Virus record (IMG/VR): IMGVR_UViG_3300033816_001502
Source: an uncultured virus (IMG/VR IMGVR_UViG_3300033816_001502)
Lineage: Duplodnaviria; Heunggongvirae; Uroviricota; Caudoviricetes
Length of the DNA: 20,000 bases
Strand: one strand, 5' to 3'
Shown: positions 1-8,505 of the stretch, one piece after another
How positions within the stretch are numbered: position 1 is the first letter of the stretch
How the letters are laid out: every line of letters starts with the position of its first letter
The notes under the pieces: model-generated
What the model was told of the DNA's origin: nothing
Seen by the model: only the letters and a program-made list of their open reading frames with translations
The model's database searches: none
Made by a program: the position numbers and the translations under genes

Positions 1-421
1 ACTTTTCTACAGATATTCTGCCACCAAACCCAGCTAAAAGCACAGCGTCAAATAATAAGTTGCTTAACGTGTTATCGTCTTTTGTTTGAGAAAAAATGAT
101 TTTTTTTAGATCATTCAAAGTAGCCTTGTTTGAAGATCTGGTTTTATCATCAAGATTAGAGTTTAATATCCTGTGTAACGTAAAGTCAAACCCACCAGGA
201 GATATTTTTTCTGATAAAATACAATGTTCTATAATCAACCTATGAATAGCTAATTTCAGTTGATTAGAATATTTTAAATTAAAAATTCCTTGAAATGAAG
301 TTTTTAACAAAACTTGATCTTTTTCAAGGAATAATACTTTTTCTGTATTTAAAAAATTTCTTAAATCATCGCATACTTCTTTAAATGATTCAAGTATTTC
401 TTTTTTTAGAAAAATTGTCAC
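1..421 (-). CDS. Partial ORF (runs off left edge), highly divergent GroEL/Cpn60-like protein
   Basis: Not in ORF track; hand-translated from GTG at 421-419, open for 140 codons: MTIFLKKEILESFKEVCDDLRNFLNTEKVLFLEKDQVLLKTSFQGIFNLKYSNQLKLAIHRLIIEHCILSEKISPGGFDFTLHRILNSNLDDKTRSSNKATLNDLKKIIFSQTKDDNTLSNLLFDAVLLAGFGGRISVEK. The end resembles GroEL '[25 protein letters not shown]'. ORF well supported, family call by eye only. Confidence 0.55.
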   Translation of the reverse strand, partial: MTIFLKKEILESFKEVCDDLRNFLNTEKVLFLEKDQVLLKTSFQGIFNLKYSNQLKLAIHRLIIEHCILSEKISPGGFDFTLHRILNSNLDDKTRSSNKATLNDLKKIIFSQTKDDNTLSNLLFDAVLLAGFGGRISVEK

Positions 422-427
422 AAAATC

Positions 428-456
428 ATTGTAGCTTATTTTTGGCTAATGTTCAA
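428..456 (-). promoter_or_regulatory. sigma70-type promoter TTGAAC-N17-TACAAT, 6 nt before GTG (leaderless)
   Basis: Minus strand reads TTGAAC(456-451) attagccaaaaataagc TACAAT(433-428) gatttt GTG(421). Confidence 0.7.
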
Positions 457-1055
457 ATAATTTGAATATGCGAATTAATGTAAGCATGTATTATCTTACC
501 AATAGCACCTAAAATTGCTGTACCTACTGCAATTGAAAGCCATCTAGTAAAAGCTGCTTGTTTTTGATACCAAGATTGTAATTCTTTAATTACTTCAGAA
601 TGTTGATTTATAATCTTTGCAAGATTTTCATCATTTAGTTCTTCTTTTTGAGCTAGTTTTTCTTCATGAATTTTCCAGCTTTGTATCGAATGCAACTGTT
701 CTTCTAACTCTTCAACTCTTTCAATTTCAGCTGTACTATTTTCAACATTCTTTATTCTTGCATATAATCCATTATCAGGATTATACAAAACTTCTCTTAT
801 TTCGTCAACTTTAAAAACTAATTGAGTCTGTGATTGTTCTATTTTTTCAATTTTGTACATTAGATTTGAGAATCCACCATTCATTGCGGGAGCTGATAGG
901 ATTCTTTTTTGCATCTCTAAAATTTGTTGTCGATTGCTTTCAATAGCATCCAAAGTTTTTTTTGTTTCAACGTTATCAAGAGGATCTTTTTTGTCAATTT
1001 TTGCATCCGAAAAGTTCGGAGAACTTACTTGCGTATTAGTTTTTTTTCTTGACAT
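453..1055 (-). CDS. Hypothetical coiled-coil protein with a single C-terminal transmembrane segment
   Basis: ORF track 453..1073; start reassigned to ATG 1055 (MSRKK) because AGGAGG (1067-1062) lies 6 nt upstream. E/Q/K-rich heptad-like core; hydrophobic WLSIAVGTAILGAIGKII near C-terminus. Confidence 0.8.
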   Translation of the reverse strand: MSRKKTNTQVSSPNFSDAKIDKKDPLDNVETKKTLDAIESNRQQILEMQKRILSAPAMNGGFSNLMYKIEKIEQSQTQLVFKVDEIREVLYNPDNGLYARIKNVENSTAEIERVEELEEQLHSIQSWKIHEEKLAQKEELNDENLAKIINQHSEVIKELQSWYQKQAAFTRWLSIAVGTAILGAIGKIIHAYINSHIQII

Positions 1056-1074
1056 ATACATCCTCCTAGACAAT

Positions 1075-1194
1075 GTTATTTTTTCTAAGATTAAGATTTA
1101 TAATTTACTAAATCTTATTTCTAAATCTATAAATTTAGATCAATTTACTTATAGAATTAATTATAATTCTTCAGAGAATTTAAAGAGGTAAATC
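1075..1194. promoter_or_regulatory. Divergent AT-rich intergenic control region
   Basis: Separates divergent genes; TATAAT at 1162-1167 (+), GAGGT before TTG 1195, three short inverted repeats (1092-1117, 1120-1139, 1153-1170). Confidence 0.5.
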
Positions 1195-3123
1195 TTGCAA
1201 ACATTCAATAAAAGCATATTCGAAAATAGTTCTAGACCTCTCATCATTCCTGATGAAGTTAAGGTTATTTTTGTAGCTGATCTCTTTTCAGAGGATTATG
1301 TCGGTGGAGCAGAACTAACCACGCAGGCTTTGATTGATGAGTGCCCTTTGCCTTACATGAAAATTCGTTCAAAAGAGCTGACCATGCACTTATTAGCTCA
1401 AGGAACTAATAAGTTTTGGATCTTTGGCAATTTTGCTCAAATGAACATGGAACTAGTTCCAAGCATAATTGGAAATTTGAACTATTCTATCCTAGAATAT
1501 GATTACAAATATTGCAAGTACAGATCTCCTGAAAAACATTCTGAAAAAACCGGATCTCCGTGCGATTGTCATAATCAATTCAACGGAAAATTAATCTCTG
1601 CTTTTTACTACGGAGCAAAAGTTTTGTGGTGGATGTCAGAGGCGCAGAAAGATCGTTATCACAGAATGTTCCCATTTTTATCTGAAAAAGATAATGTTGT
1701 CTTATCAAGCGTATTTTCGAAAAAAACCCTAGGTACCATCAAGTGGCTTAGAGAAGTTGTTTCTTCATCAGGATCAGATCGAAAAGGATGGGTAGTCTTA
1801 GGTTCAGAATCTTGGGTAAAAGGAGCTCAAGCTGCAGAAAAATGGTGCCTGGACAACAAAGTAGAATATGAAGTTGTCTGGAATGTAGCTTACGAAGTCA
1901 TGTTGGAAAAGCTAGCTAATGCAGAAGGGTTTGTATACCTTCCAGCAGGTGCTGATACCTGCCCAAGAATGGTCATAGAAGCGAAGCTTTTGGGTTGCAA
2001 ACTTCATTTGAACGAAAACGTACAACATAAAAATGAAGATTGGTTCTCTACAAATAACATTGAAGAGATTGAAGAGTACTTGTTTGGAGCACCAACTCTA
2101 TTTTGGAATTACATAAAAAAGATGATGGAATATCGTCCTAACATCAGCGGATACATGACGGTTTATAACGCATTGTCTCAAGAATATCCATTTATACAGT
2201 GCGTTAAGTCTATGCTTCCTTTTTGCGAGGAGGTTTGTATTGTTGATGGAGGTTCTACAGACGGCACTTGGGAGAAGCTTCAAGAATTGTCATCTACGGA
2301 AACAAAGATCAAACTGAAGCAAGTGACAAGAGATTGGAGCCATCCTAGATTTGCTGTTTTTGACGGAATGCAAAAAGCAGAAGCCCGTTCCATGTGCACA
2401 GGAGATTTTTGTTGGCAAATGGATTCAGATGAAATAGTGCACGAAGACGATTATGAAAAAATATTAAACTTATGTGCAAAATTTCCAGCTAACGTAGATC
2501 TTATATCATTACCAGTTGTTGAATATTGGGGAGGTCCTAAGAAAGTTAGAGCCGACGTTCTTCCTTGGAAGTGGAGATTAAGTAAAAATAAGAAAAATAT
2601 CACTCACGGAATACCTTCAGATGCTCGTCGAACTGATGAAAATGGAAATCTTTATGCGGCTTATGGAGATGGATGTGACATGATAGATTCATCATCTTAC
2701 GAAAGAATACCTCACGTAACTTTTTACACTTCTGAAGTTGACAGTGCAAGAAAGCAAGCAGTTTCCGGTGACGCTGAAGCAATAAAGAATTATCAAGAAT
2801 GGTTCAACAAAGTCGTCGATAATTTGCCTGGAGTATTTCATTATAGCTGGTTTGATCTGCCCAGAAAGATTAAACTGTATAAGAAATATTGGACCAAACA
2901 CTGGGAATCGTTGTCTGGAAAATCTTATGAAGATACTTCAGAATCAAATATGATGTTTGATGTTCCTTGGTCACAAGTGACAGATGAAATGATAGAAGCT
3001 AGAGCTTCTGAACTCTCGGAAAAATTAGGCGGGTGGATTTGGCATCAAAAATGGGATGGTAAGACGAAAACTCATCATATAACGATAAGCAAATCTCAAC
3101 CTAAAATTATGTTAGATAAATGA
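1195..3123 (+). CDS. Two-domain glycosyltransferase: N-terminal GT-B (GT4-like) fused to C-terminal GT2 (GT-A)
   Basis: N-half GGAELTTQALID and DTCPRMVIEAKLLGC (GT4 E-x7-E-like). C-half YMTVYN...IVDGGSTDGT...WQMDSDE (GT2 with DxD). TTG start preceded by GAGGT. Confidence 0.85.
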   Translation: MQTFNKSIFENSSRPLIIPDEVKVIFVADLFSEDYVGGAELTTQALIDECPLPYMKIRSKELTMHLLAQGTNKFWIFGNFAQMNMELVPSIIGNLNYSILEYDYKYCKYRSPEKHSEKTGSPCDCHNQFNGKLISAFYYGAKVLWWMSEAQKDRYHRMFPFLSEKDNVVLSSVFSKKTLGTIKWLREVVSSSGSDRKGWVVLGSESWVKGAQAAEKWCLDNKVEYEVVWNVAYEVMLEKLANAEGFVYLPAGADTCPRMVIEAKLLGCKLHLNENVQHKNEDWFSTNNIEEIEEYLFGAPTLFWNYIKKMMEYRPNISGYMTVYNALSQEYPFIQCVKSMLPFCEEVCIVDGGSTDGTWEKLQELSSTETKIKLKQVTRDWSHPRFAVFDGMQKAEARSMCTGDFCWQMDSDEIVHEDDYEKILNLCAKFPANVDLISLPVVEYWGGPKKVRADVLPWKWRLSKNKKNITHGIPSDARRTDENGNLYAAYGDGCDMIDSSSYERIPHVTFYTSEVDSARKQAVSGDAEAIKNYQEWFNKVVDNLPGVFHYSWFDLPRKIKLYKKYWTKHWESLSGKSYEDTSESNMMFDVPWSQVTDEMIEARASELSEKLGGWIWHQKWDGKTKTHHITISKSQPKIMLDK

Positions 3124-3842
3124 AAGGCGTAATATTAGCAGGTGGTACTGGAAGTCGTTTATATCCTTTAACAAAATCGACCAACAAATGTTTGCTTCCA
3201 ATTGCAACCAAGCCGATGGTTTATCATGTTTTAGAATTGATGACTTCTTCAGGAATTGATGACATCATGTTGATCACAGGTCCTGAAAATGCAGGACAAG
3301 TCATGAATTTGTTGGGGTCAGGACTTGATTATTCCTGCTCTTTGACTTATAGAATTCAAGATAAAGCTAACGGCATAGCAGCAGCAGTAAATCTTTGCAA
3401 GAGTTTTGTTGGAAACTCTAAATTTACCGTGTTATTAGGAGACAATATTTTTAGCGATTTTTCTAAACTAGCATCGCAAATTCGTGAGTTTTATTCATCG
3501 AAGGATGAATTTAGACTTTTCTTAAAAGAAGTAATAGACCCTCAAAGGTTCGGAGTACCAGTTTATCTTAATGATGAAGTTGTAGATATAATCGAAAAAC
3601 CAAAATCTCCTCCTAGCAATAAAGCAATAGTGGGATTATACTGTTATTCTTCAAACGTCTTTGATGTGATTGAAGGTTTAAAGCCTTCTTCTCGCGGAGA
3701 ATATGAGATATCGGAGTTAAATTCTTATCTAGTGAAAAATTGTAGTGGTAGCTTTTTTGATGTTGAATGTGAATGGGTAGACGCAGGAACTCATGAATCT
3801 TACAAAAAAGCTAATGAAATGATTTGGGAAACTTTAAAATGA
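3120..3842 (+). CDS. rmlA: Glucose-1-phosphate thymidylyltransferase (short RmlA/SpsI type)
   Basis: MKGVILAGGTGSRLYPLT, LGDNIF, RFGV, EKP, SSRGEYEI, WVDAGTHES motifs. Confidence 0.92.
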   Translation: MKGVILAGGTGSRLYPLTKSTNKCLLPIATKPMVYHVLELMTSSGIDDIMLITGPENAGQVMNLLGSGLDYSCSLTYRIQDKANGIAAAVNLCKSFVGNSKFTVLLGDNIFSDFSKLASQIREFYSSKDEFRLFLKEVIDPQRFGVPVYLNDEVVDIIEKPKSPPSNKAIVGLYCYSSNVFDVIEGLKPSSRGEYEISELNSYLVKNCSGSFFDVECEWVDAGTHESYKKANEMIWETLK

Positions 3843-4660
3843 AAGTAATCATCGGATCAGGGAAAGTAGCTAACATTATAAAAGATAAAGAAGACATTGT
3901 CTTGTCTCATTCGCAAATAGAGATTAAAGATGAAATGTCGATTGACTCGATTCTTTCTACATTTCCTGAAAAAACAGTAGTTGTAAACACTGCCGCTAAG
4001 ATTAATCTAGAATGGTGCGAAGAGAACAAAAAAGAATCTGAACTAGTCAACGTAGTTGGTGCAGTAAACGTTGCAAAAATTTGCAAAAAATATCATCATC
4101 ATCTATTACACGTTAGCAGCGGTTGCATTTTTGATGGAATGGAAACAGAAAAAGAGTATACTGAATTAGATGATCCATCACCAGCTTCTTGGTACGCACA
4201 AACTAAAGCAAATGCTGATATTTCGATCTTATCTTTGGGATATCAAAATATTACGATAGTTCGACCTAGGCAGTTAATATCAGCTGTTCCTAATCCCACA
4301 AATATGTTAACTAAGTTTATGAATTTGCAAAAAGGCAATTTTATTGATTCAAAAAATTCTATTACTTGTATAGAAGATATGAAACTAATGATTGATCACC
4401 TGATTAGTAACAAATGTTATGGAGTCTATAATCTTGCAAACGTTGGTTGGATGAGCCCGTACCAAATAGCCAACAAAATAAAAGCTAAAATTTTTAGTGA
4501 TTTTATCATCGATAAGATAAGCTACGATGATTATATAAAGAGTATAAAAGTAAAAAGAGTTAACACTTTACTAAGCGTAGACAAATTAATATCTACGGGA
4601 TTTGTTCCCAGAAGTGCAGAGGAAGCTTTAGAATGGTGTTTAGAAAATTACGGGAATTAA
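3839..4660 (+). CDS. RmlD-superfamily SDR, likely bifunctional NDP-4-keto-6-deoxyglucose 3,5-epimerase/4-reductase (NRS/ER, UER1-like)
   Basis: Start at ATG 3839 (ATGA overlap). GSGKVA Rossmann, NLEWCEENK, SSGCIF, WYAQTK (YxxxK), NMLTK, NSIT, GVYN, RVNTLL parallel the plant NRS/ER motifs. Confidence 0.8.
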   Translation: MKVIIGSGKVANIIKDKEDIVLSHSQIEIKDEMSIDSILSTFPEKTVVVNTAAKINLEWCEENKKESELVNVVGAVNVAKICKKYHHHLLHVSSGCIFDGMETEKEYTELDDPSPASWYAQTKANADISILSLGYQNITIVRPRQLISAVPNPTNMLTKFMNLQKGNFIDSKNSITCIEDMKLMIDHLISNKCYGVYNLANVGWMSPYQIANKIKAKIFSDFIIDKISYDDYIKSIKVKRVNTLLSVDKLISTGFVPRSAEEALEWCLENYGN

Positions 4661-4661
4661 A

Positions 4662-5600
4662 ATGAAGGTAATCATTACAGGAGGAGCAGGATTTATTGGA
4701 GGTCATGCTGTTAGACATTTCTTAAGCTTAGGAGATTCTGTTCTTAACATAGATAAACTTACTTACGCAAGCAAAAAAACTAACTTTGAAAATTCAAATT
4801 TTCTTCAGTTGGATATTTGCGAAACAGAGATTTTGATAGAACAAATCAAAAAATACAATCCTGACTTTTTAATTCATTTTGCAGCAGAAACCCATGTAGA
4901 TAATTCCATATTAGATTGTAATGATTTTATTCACTCCAACGTTAAAGGTGTTGCCTCAGTCTTAAATGCATGTAAAGCAACCGGTACAAAATTGTGTCAC
5001 ATTTCCACTGACGAAGTATATGGTCCAGCATATGATAGATCTTTTGTAGAAAGTGATCCATTAAATCCTTTAAATCCTTATTCAGCTACAAAAGCTTCAG
5101 GAGATTTGTTGATAAAATCTTATAAAAATACTTACGGGTCAGATTACATCATTGTTAGACCTTCTAACAACTACGGTCCAAATCAACATTCTGAAAAATT
5201 TATACCAAAGTTGATTGATTGCTTGAAAAAAGGTATTCAATTCCCTCTTTATGGAGATGGACGACAAGAAAGAGAATGGACATACGTAGAAGACACGGTA
5301 AAGTTAATAAGGATTTTGTTAACTTCTGAATCTGCAGAATGGAATTCTTGTTATAATTTAAGTTCTGGAATGACATTCACAAATATAGAGACAGCTTCTC
5401 ATGTGATAAAGACCTACAATCTTATTACAAATAACAATTTTGATATTTTTGATGTGTTAAAAACATCAAAAGATAGACCCGGACATGACAAAAAGTATTG
5501 GATTTCTACAAAAAAGCTAAATTCTGTTGTAGATTTCAAATATATTGGATTTCAATCTGGGATAGAAAAGACAGTTTCTTCTTATGTCCAAGAACAATAG
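4662..5600 (+). CDS. rmlB: dTDP-glucose 4,6-dehydratase
   Basis: TGGAGFIG, DKLTYA, HFAAETHVD, STDEVYG, YSATK, NNYGP, DRPGHD. Confidence 0.93.
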   Translation: MKVIITGGAGFIGGHAVRHFLSLGDSVLNIDKLTYASKKTNFENSNFLQLDICETEILIEQIKKYNPDFLIHFAAETHVDNSILDCNDFIHSNVKGVASVLNACKATGTKLCHISTDEVYGPAYDRSFVESDPLNPLNPYSATKASGDLLIKSYKNTYGSDYIIVRPSNNYGPNQHSEKFIPKLIDCLKKGIQFPLYGDGRQEREWTYVEDTVKLIRILLTSESAEWNSCYNLSSGMTFTNIETASHVIKTYNLITNNNFDIFDVLKTSKDRPGHDKKYWISTKKLNSVVDFKYIGFQSGIEKTVSSYVQEQ

Positions 5601-6324
5601 ATTCGTTTTTGTATCACCCATGTATAATGCATCCGAAACCTTGCCTCGGATGCTTCATTCTATTTGTGGTCAATCTTATGATAATTGGCGAGTTATTTTG
5701 ATCGATGATCTTTCTTCTGAAGAGCACGTCAAGAACTGCAAAAAAATACAAGATGACTTTTCTTCAATGTTGGATCAATCCTACAAAAATAAAATTGAAG
5801 TTATATGGAACGTTGAAAAAAAATGGGAAGTTGCAAATGTCTTAATGGGAATCTCTAAATGCAATGATGATGACATTGTTTGTCGGATAGATGCTGACGA
5901 TTGGTTAACAGATCTTGATGCATTAACGATTATCAATCATGCATATACTGAGACAAATTGCGATGCATTGTGGACAGCGCATAGATGGAGTTTTTCTGAT
6001 AAAAATATCAGCAGACCAATGCCAGATGATGCTGATGTATACGCTTATCCTTGGGTTTCAAGTCATTTAAAAACCTTTAGAAAAACTTTGATAAATGAAG
6101 TTAAAGATGAAAACTTTAGAGGTGAAGATGGAAACTATATTAGAAGAGCAGGTGATCAAGCGATATATCTACCAGTTCTTCACAAGTCTAAAAAGAGATT
6201 GTTTTTACCAAGAGTAATGTATCATTATACCATCAAAGATGTCCCTGAAACGTATCAAACTGATGATGCTAGATTTCAAAAAGACGAAGCTATCTTTTTA
6301 AGAAAACGTGGGTTTGTAAAATGA
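5584..6324 (+). CDS. Glycosyltransferase family 2
   Basis: VSPMYNAS...SICGQSYDNWRVILIDDLS...RIDADDW (DxDD). Confidence 0.9.
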   Translation: MSKNNRFVFVSPMYNASETLPRMLHSICGQSYDNWRVILIDDLSSEEHVKNCKKIQDDFSSMLDQSYKNKIEVIWNVEKKWEVANVLMGISKCNDDDIVCRIDADDWLTDLDALTIINHAYTETNCDALWTAHRWSFSDKNISRPMPDDADVYAYPWVSSHLKTFRKTLINEVKDENFRGEDGNYIRRAGDQAIYLPVLHKSKKRLFLPRVMYHYTIKDVPETYQTDDARFQKDEAIFLRKRGFVK

Positions 6325-6683
6325 AACAGCAAAATTTTCATGATTCTATCTCTAAACTATTGGTCGAAAGACTTTCAAAAAGAAAAAATCAAATTTTGAA
6401 TAAAGCAACTTGCGTTGAGATTTATAATGATATATTTTTCACATTGTCTGAAGTGATAAAAACAGCTTCGACGCCTTTGTCAAATGAATCCGTGAATTTT
6501 TTAGCTCAAATGTACTATGACTCTATAAACATAAACGAGACTCAAGAATTAGATCCTAACATCTTTACTCAAAGAGCTAGTTTAAAAAATATTGAAACTA
6601 AAGAAATCGCTTTAATGGCTGTCATGCTAAATGGCACTGAATTCGCTACGCCTTTCATTTCAGAGGTAAAACGAAGATCGTGA
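6321..6683 (+). CDS. Hypothetical protein (120 aa)
   Basis: ORF coupled to both neighbours by 4-nt overlaps (ATGA, GTGA); no recognisable motif. Confidence 0.75.
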   Translation: MKQQNFHDSISKLLVERLSKRKNQILNKATCVEIYNDIFFTLSEVIKTASTPLSNESVNFLAQMYYDSININETQELDPNIFTQRASLKNIETKEIALMAVMLNGTEFATPFISEVKRRS

Positions 6684-7609
6684 AAATACATTTAGACAAC
6701 GTGAATATGGGATCTAATTCAGGTCCAAATTCTTTTGCAAAGAGACTTGCAAAAGGCCTTATAGAATCCGGGCATGAGGTAGAAATTTATGATGGAAGAA
6801 ATTCAGATGTTTCTTTGGTTTTTATTGAACCTAGTGGTAGACCCTTGGCAAAGAAAGTCATTCAAAGACTTGATGGAATTTGGTTTTCTCCATCTGAATT
6901 TCATGTAAAAAATGTTAACATAAAATCATTGTATCAAAAAGCCGATGGTGTGATCTGGCAATCAGAATTTGATAAGAATATGGCATCAAAATGGTGGGGA
7001 ATTCCAAAAAATGGAAAAATCATATTGAATGGCATAAATGCTGAACCCGTTAAACAGTTTAAAATTTCTTCATTAGAACAAATTAGACAAAAGTATGAAA
7101 TGCTTTTTGTCTGTTCAGCAAATTGGCACTCACAAAAAAGACTTGAATCTAACGTTGAGTTATTCAAGCATTTACAAAGTTTTTATGGTTCAGCCGCGCT
7201 CATAGTGATGGGTTCAAATCCAAAAATGATTCCTGACGTAGACATATTCTACACAGGACCTCAACCTCATGAAGTTTGTCTAGAAGTATTCTCTGCTTCA
7301 AATTGGATGATTCACCTTGCTTGGTTAGATCATTGTCCTAATACGGTGGTAGAATCTTTATCTCAATTTACTCCTGTTATTTGTTCGGAGCAAGGAGGCA
7401 CAAAAGAACTAGTTAAGAATTTTGGAGTGATTTTAAAAGAGAATCAACCATATGATTACGAACTAGTCAACTATGATAATCCTCCAAAAATAGACGTGAG
7501 CCAAATAAAAGAAAAACTTCCAGACCTAAAAGACAAAAAGCCTGACACAGACGTCTCAATGAATAGAGTCATAAATGATTATCTAACATTTTTTAAAGAA
7601 CTATTATGA
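6680..7609 (+). CDS. Glycosyltransferase, GT4/GT-B
   Basis: SGPNSFAKRL...GHEV, QRLDG, ILNGI, DHCPNTVVESLSQFTPVICSEQGGTKELV; GTG start. Confidence 0.88.
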   Translation: MKIHLDNVNMGSNSGPNSFAKRLAKGLIESGHEVEIYDGRNSDVSLVFIEPSGRPLAKKVIQRLDGIWFSPSEFHVKNVNIKSLYQKADGVIWQSEFDKNMASKWWGIPKNGKIILNGINAEPVKQFKISSLEQIRQKYEMLFVCSANWHSQKRLESNVELFKHLQSFYGSAALIVMGSNPKMIPDVDIFYTGPQPHEVCLEVFSASNWMIHLAWLDHCPNTVVESLSQFTPVICSEQGGTKELVKNFGVILKENQPYDYELVNYDNPPKIDVSQIKEKLPDLKDKKPDTDVSMNRVINDYLTFFKELL

Positions 7610-8505
7610 AAATAGCCATAAATAGAAAGCCGATAGACGGACCTTGGGGCGGCGGAAACAATTTTGTTAGAGCAGTATATGCAACTGTTCCTTCTGGCAT
7701 AACCATTACTAATAATCTGTCAGAAGATGTTGATTCCATATTTCTAATGGATCCTAGAAAAGAAAATGGAATGTTTGACGCAAATGACGTCTACAAATTT
7801 GTATCTTCTGTTAAAAAAATTCCAGTTGTTCAAAGAATCAATGAATGTGATGCTAGAAAAGGTACTGAACACATGGATAGTTTGCTCTTACAATGTAGCA
7901 TCTTAAATACAAAAACAATTTTTGTTAGTAACTGGATGAAAGATTACTTCAATAAAAAAGGGTGGAATTGTAAGAAACAATACGTTATGCACAACGGAGT
8001 AGATGACACTTTCATTGAAAATAGAAAGAACAACTCATATACTCGTTCAGATAATAAACTCAAAGTAGTAACTCATCATTGGTCTAACAATTCTTTAAAG
8101 GGATTTGACGTATACGAGTTTATTGATTATTTGACCACGAAAGAAAGAAATATTGAATTTACTTACATCGGAAGAGAAAGAGGTACCTTTAACAATACAA
8201 AAATAATTCCTCCAATTCACGGAGAAGAGTTAGCAAAAGAGTTAGCAAAACATGATGTTTATATAAGTGGATCAAGACATGACCCAGGACCTAATCATGT
8301 TTTAGAATCTATTGCTGTAGGTTTGCCAACATACGTTCATGTTGAAGGTGGCGGATCTGTAGAATTCGCAGGCATAGATCATGTCTATAAGAATTTTTTT
8401 GAAATTGAAAAGTTGTTGCTTAGCAGAGATTTGAAGAATAATTCTTATGATATTTTAAGATGGTCTGATTCAATGAAACATTTTTGGAATATAATTTTTC
8501 AATGA
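7606..8505 (+). CDS. Glycosyltransferase, GT4/GT-B
   Basis: GPWGGGNNF, QRINE, IFVS, HNGVD, KGFD, DPGPNHVLESIAVGLP. Confidence 0.88.
   Translation: MKIAINRKPIDGPWGGGNNFVRAVYATVPSGITITNNLSEDVDSIFLMDPRKENGMFDANDVYKFVSSVKKIPVVQRINECDARKGTEHMDSLLLQCSILNTKTIFVSNWMKDYFNKKGWNCKKQYVMHNGVDDTFIENRKNNSYTRSDNKLKVVTHHWSNNSLKGFDVYEFIDYLTTKERNIEFTYIGRERGTFNNTKIIPPIHGEELAKELAKHDVYISGSRHDPGPNHVLESIAVGLPTYVHVEGGGSVEFAGIDHVYKNFFEIEKLLLSRDLKNNSYDILRWSDSMKHFWNIIFQ

Noticed and set aside
617..1191. Plus-strand ORFs 617..814 and 853..1191
   Set aside because: Antisense shadows of the SD-led minus-strand gene; no RBS or motifs.
8225..8250. 12-nt tandem duplication AAGAGTTAGCAA x2
   Set aside because: Encodes ELAKELAK inside a GT helix; two copies only.
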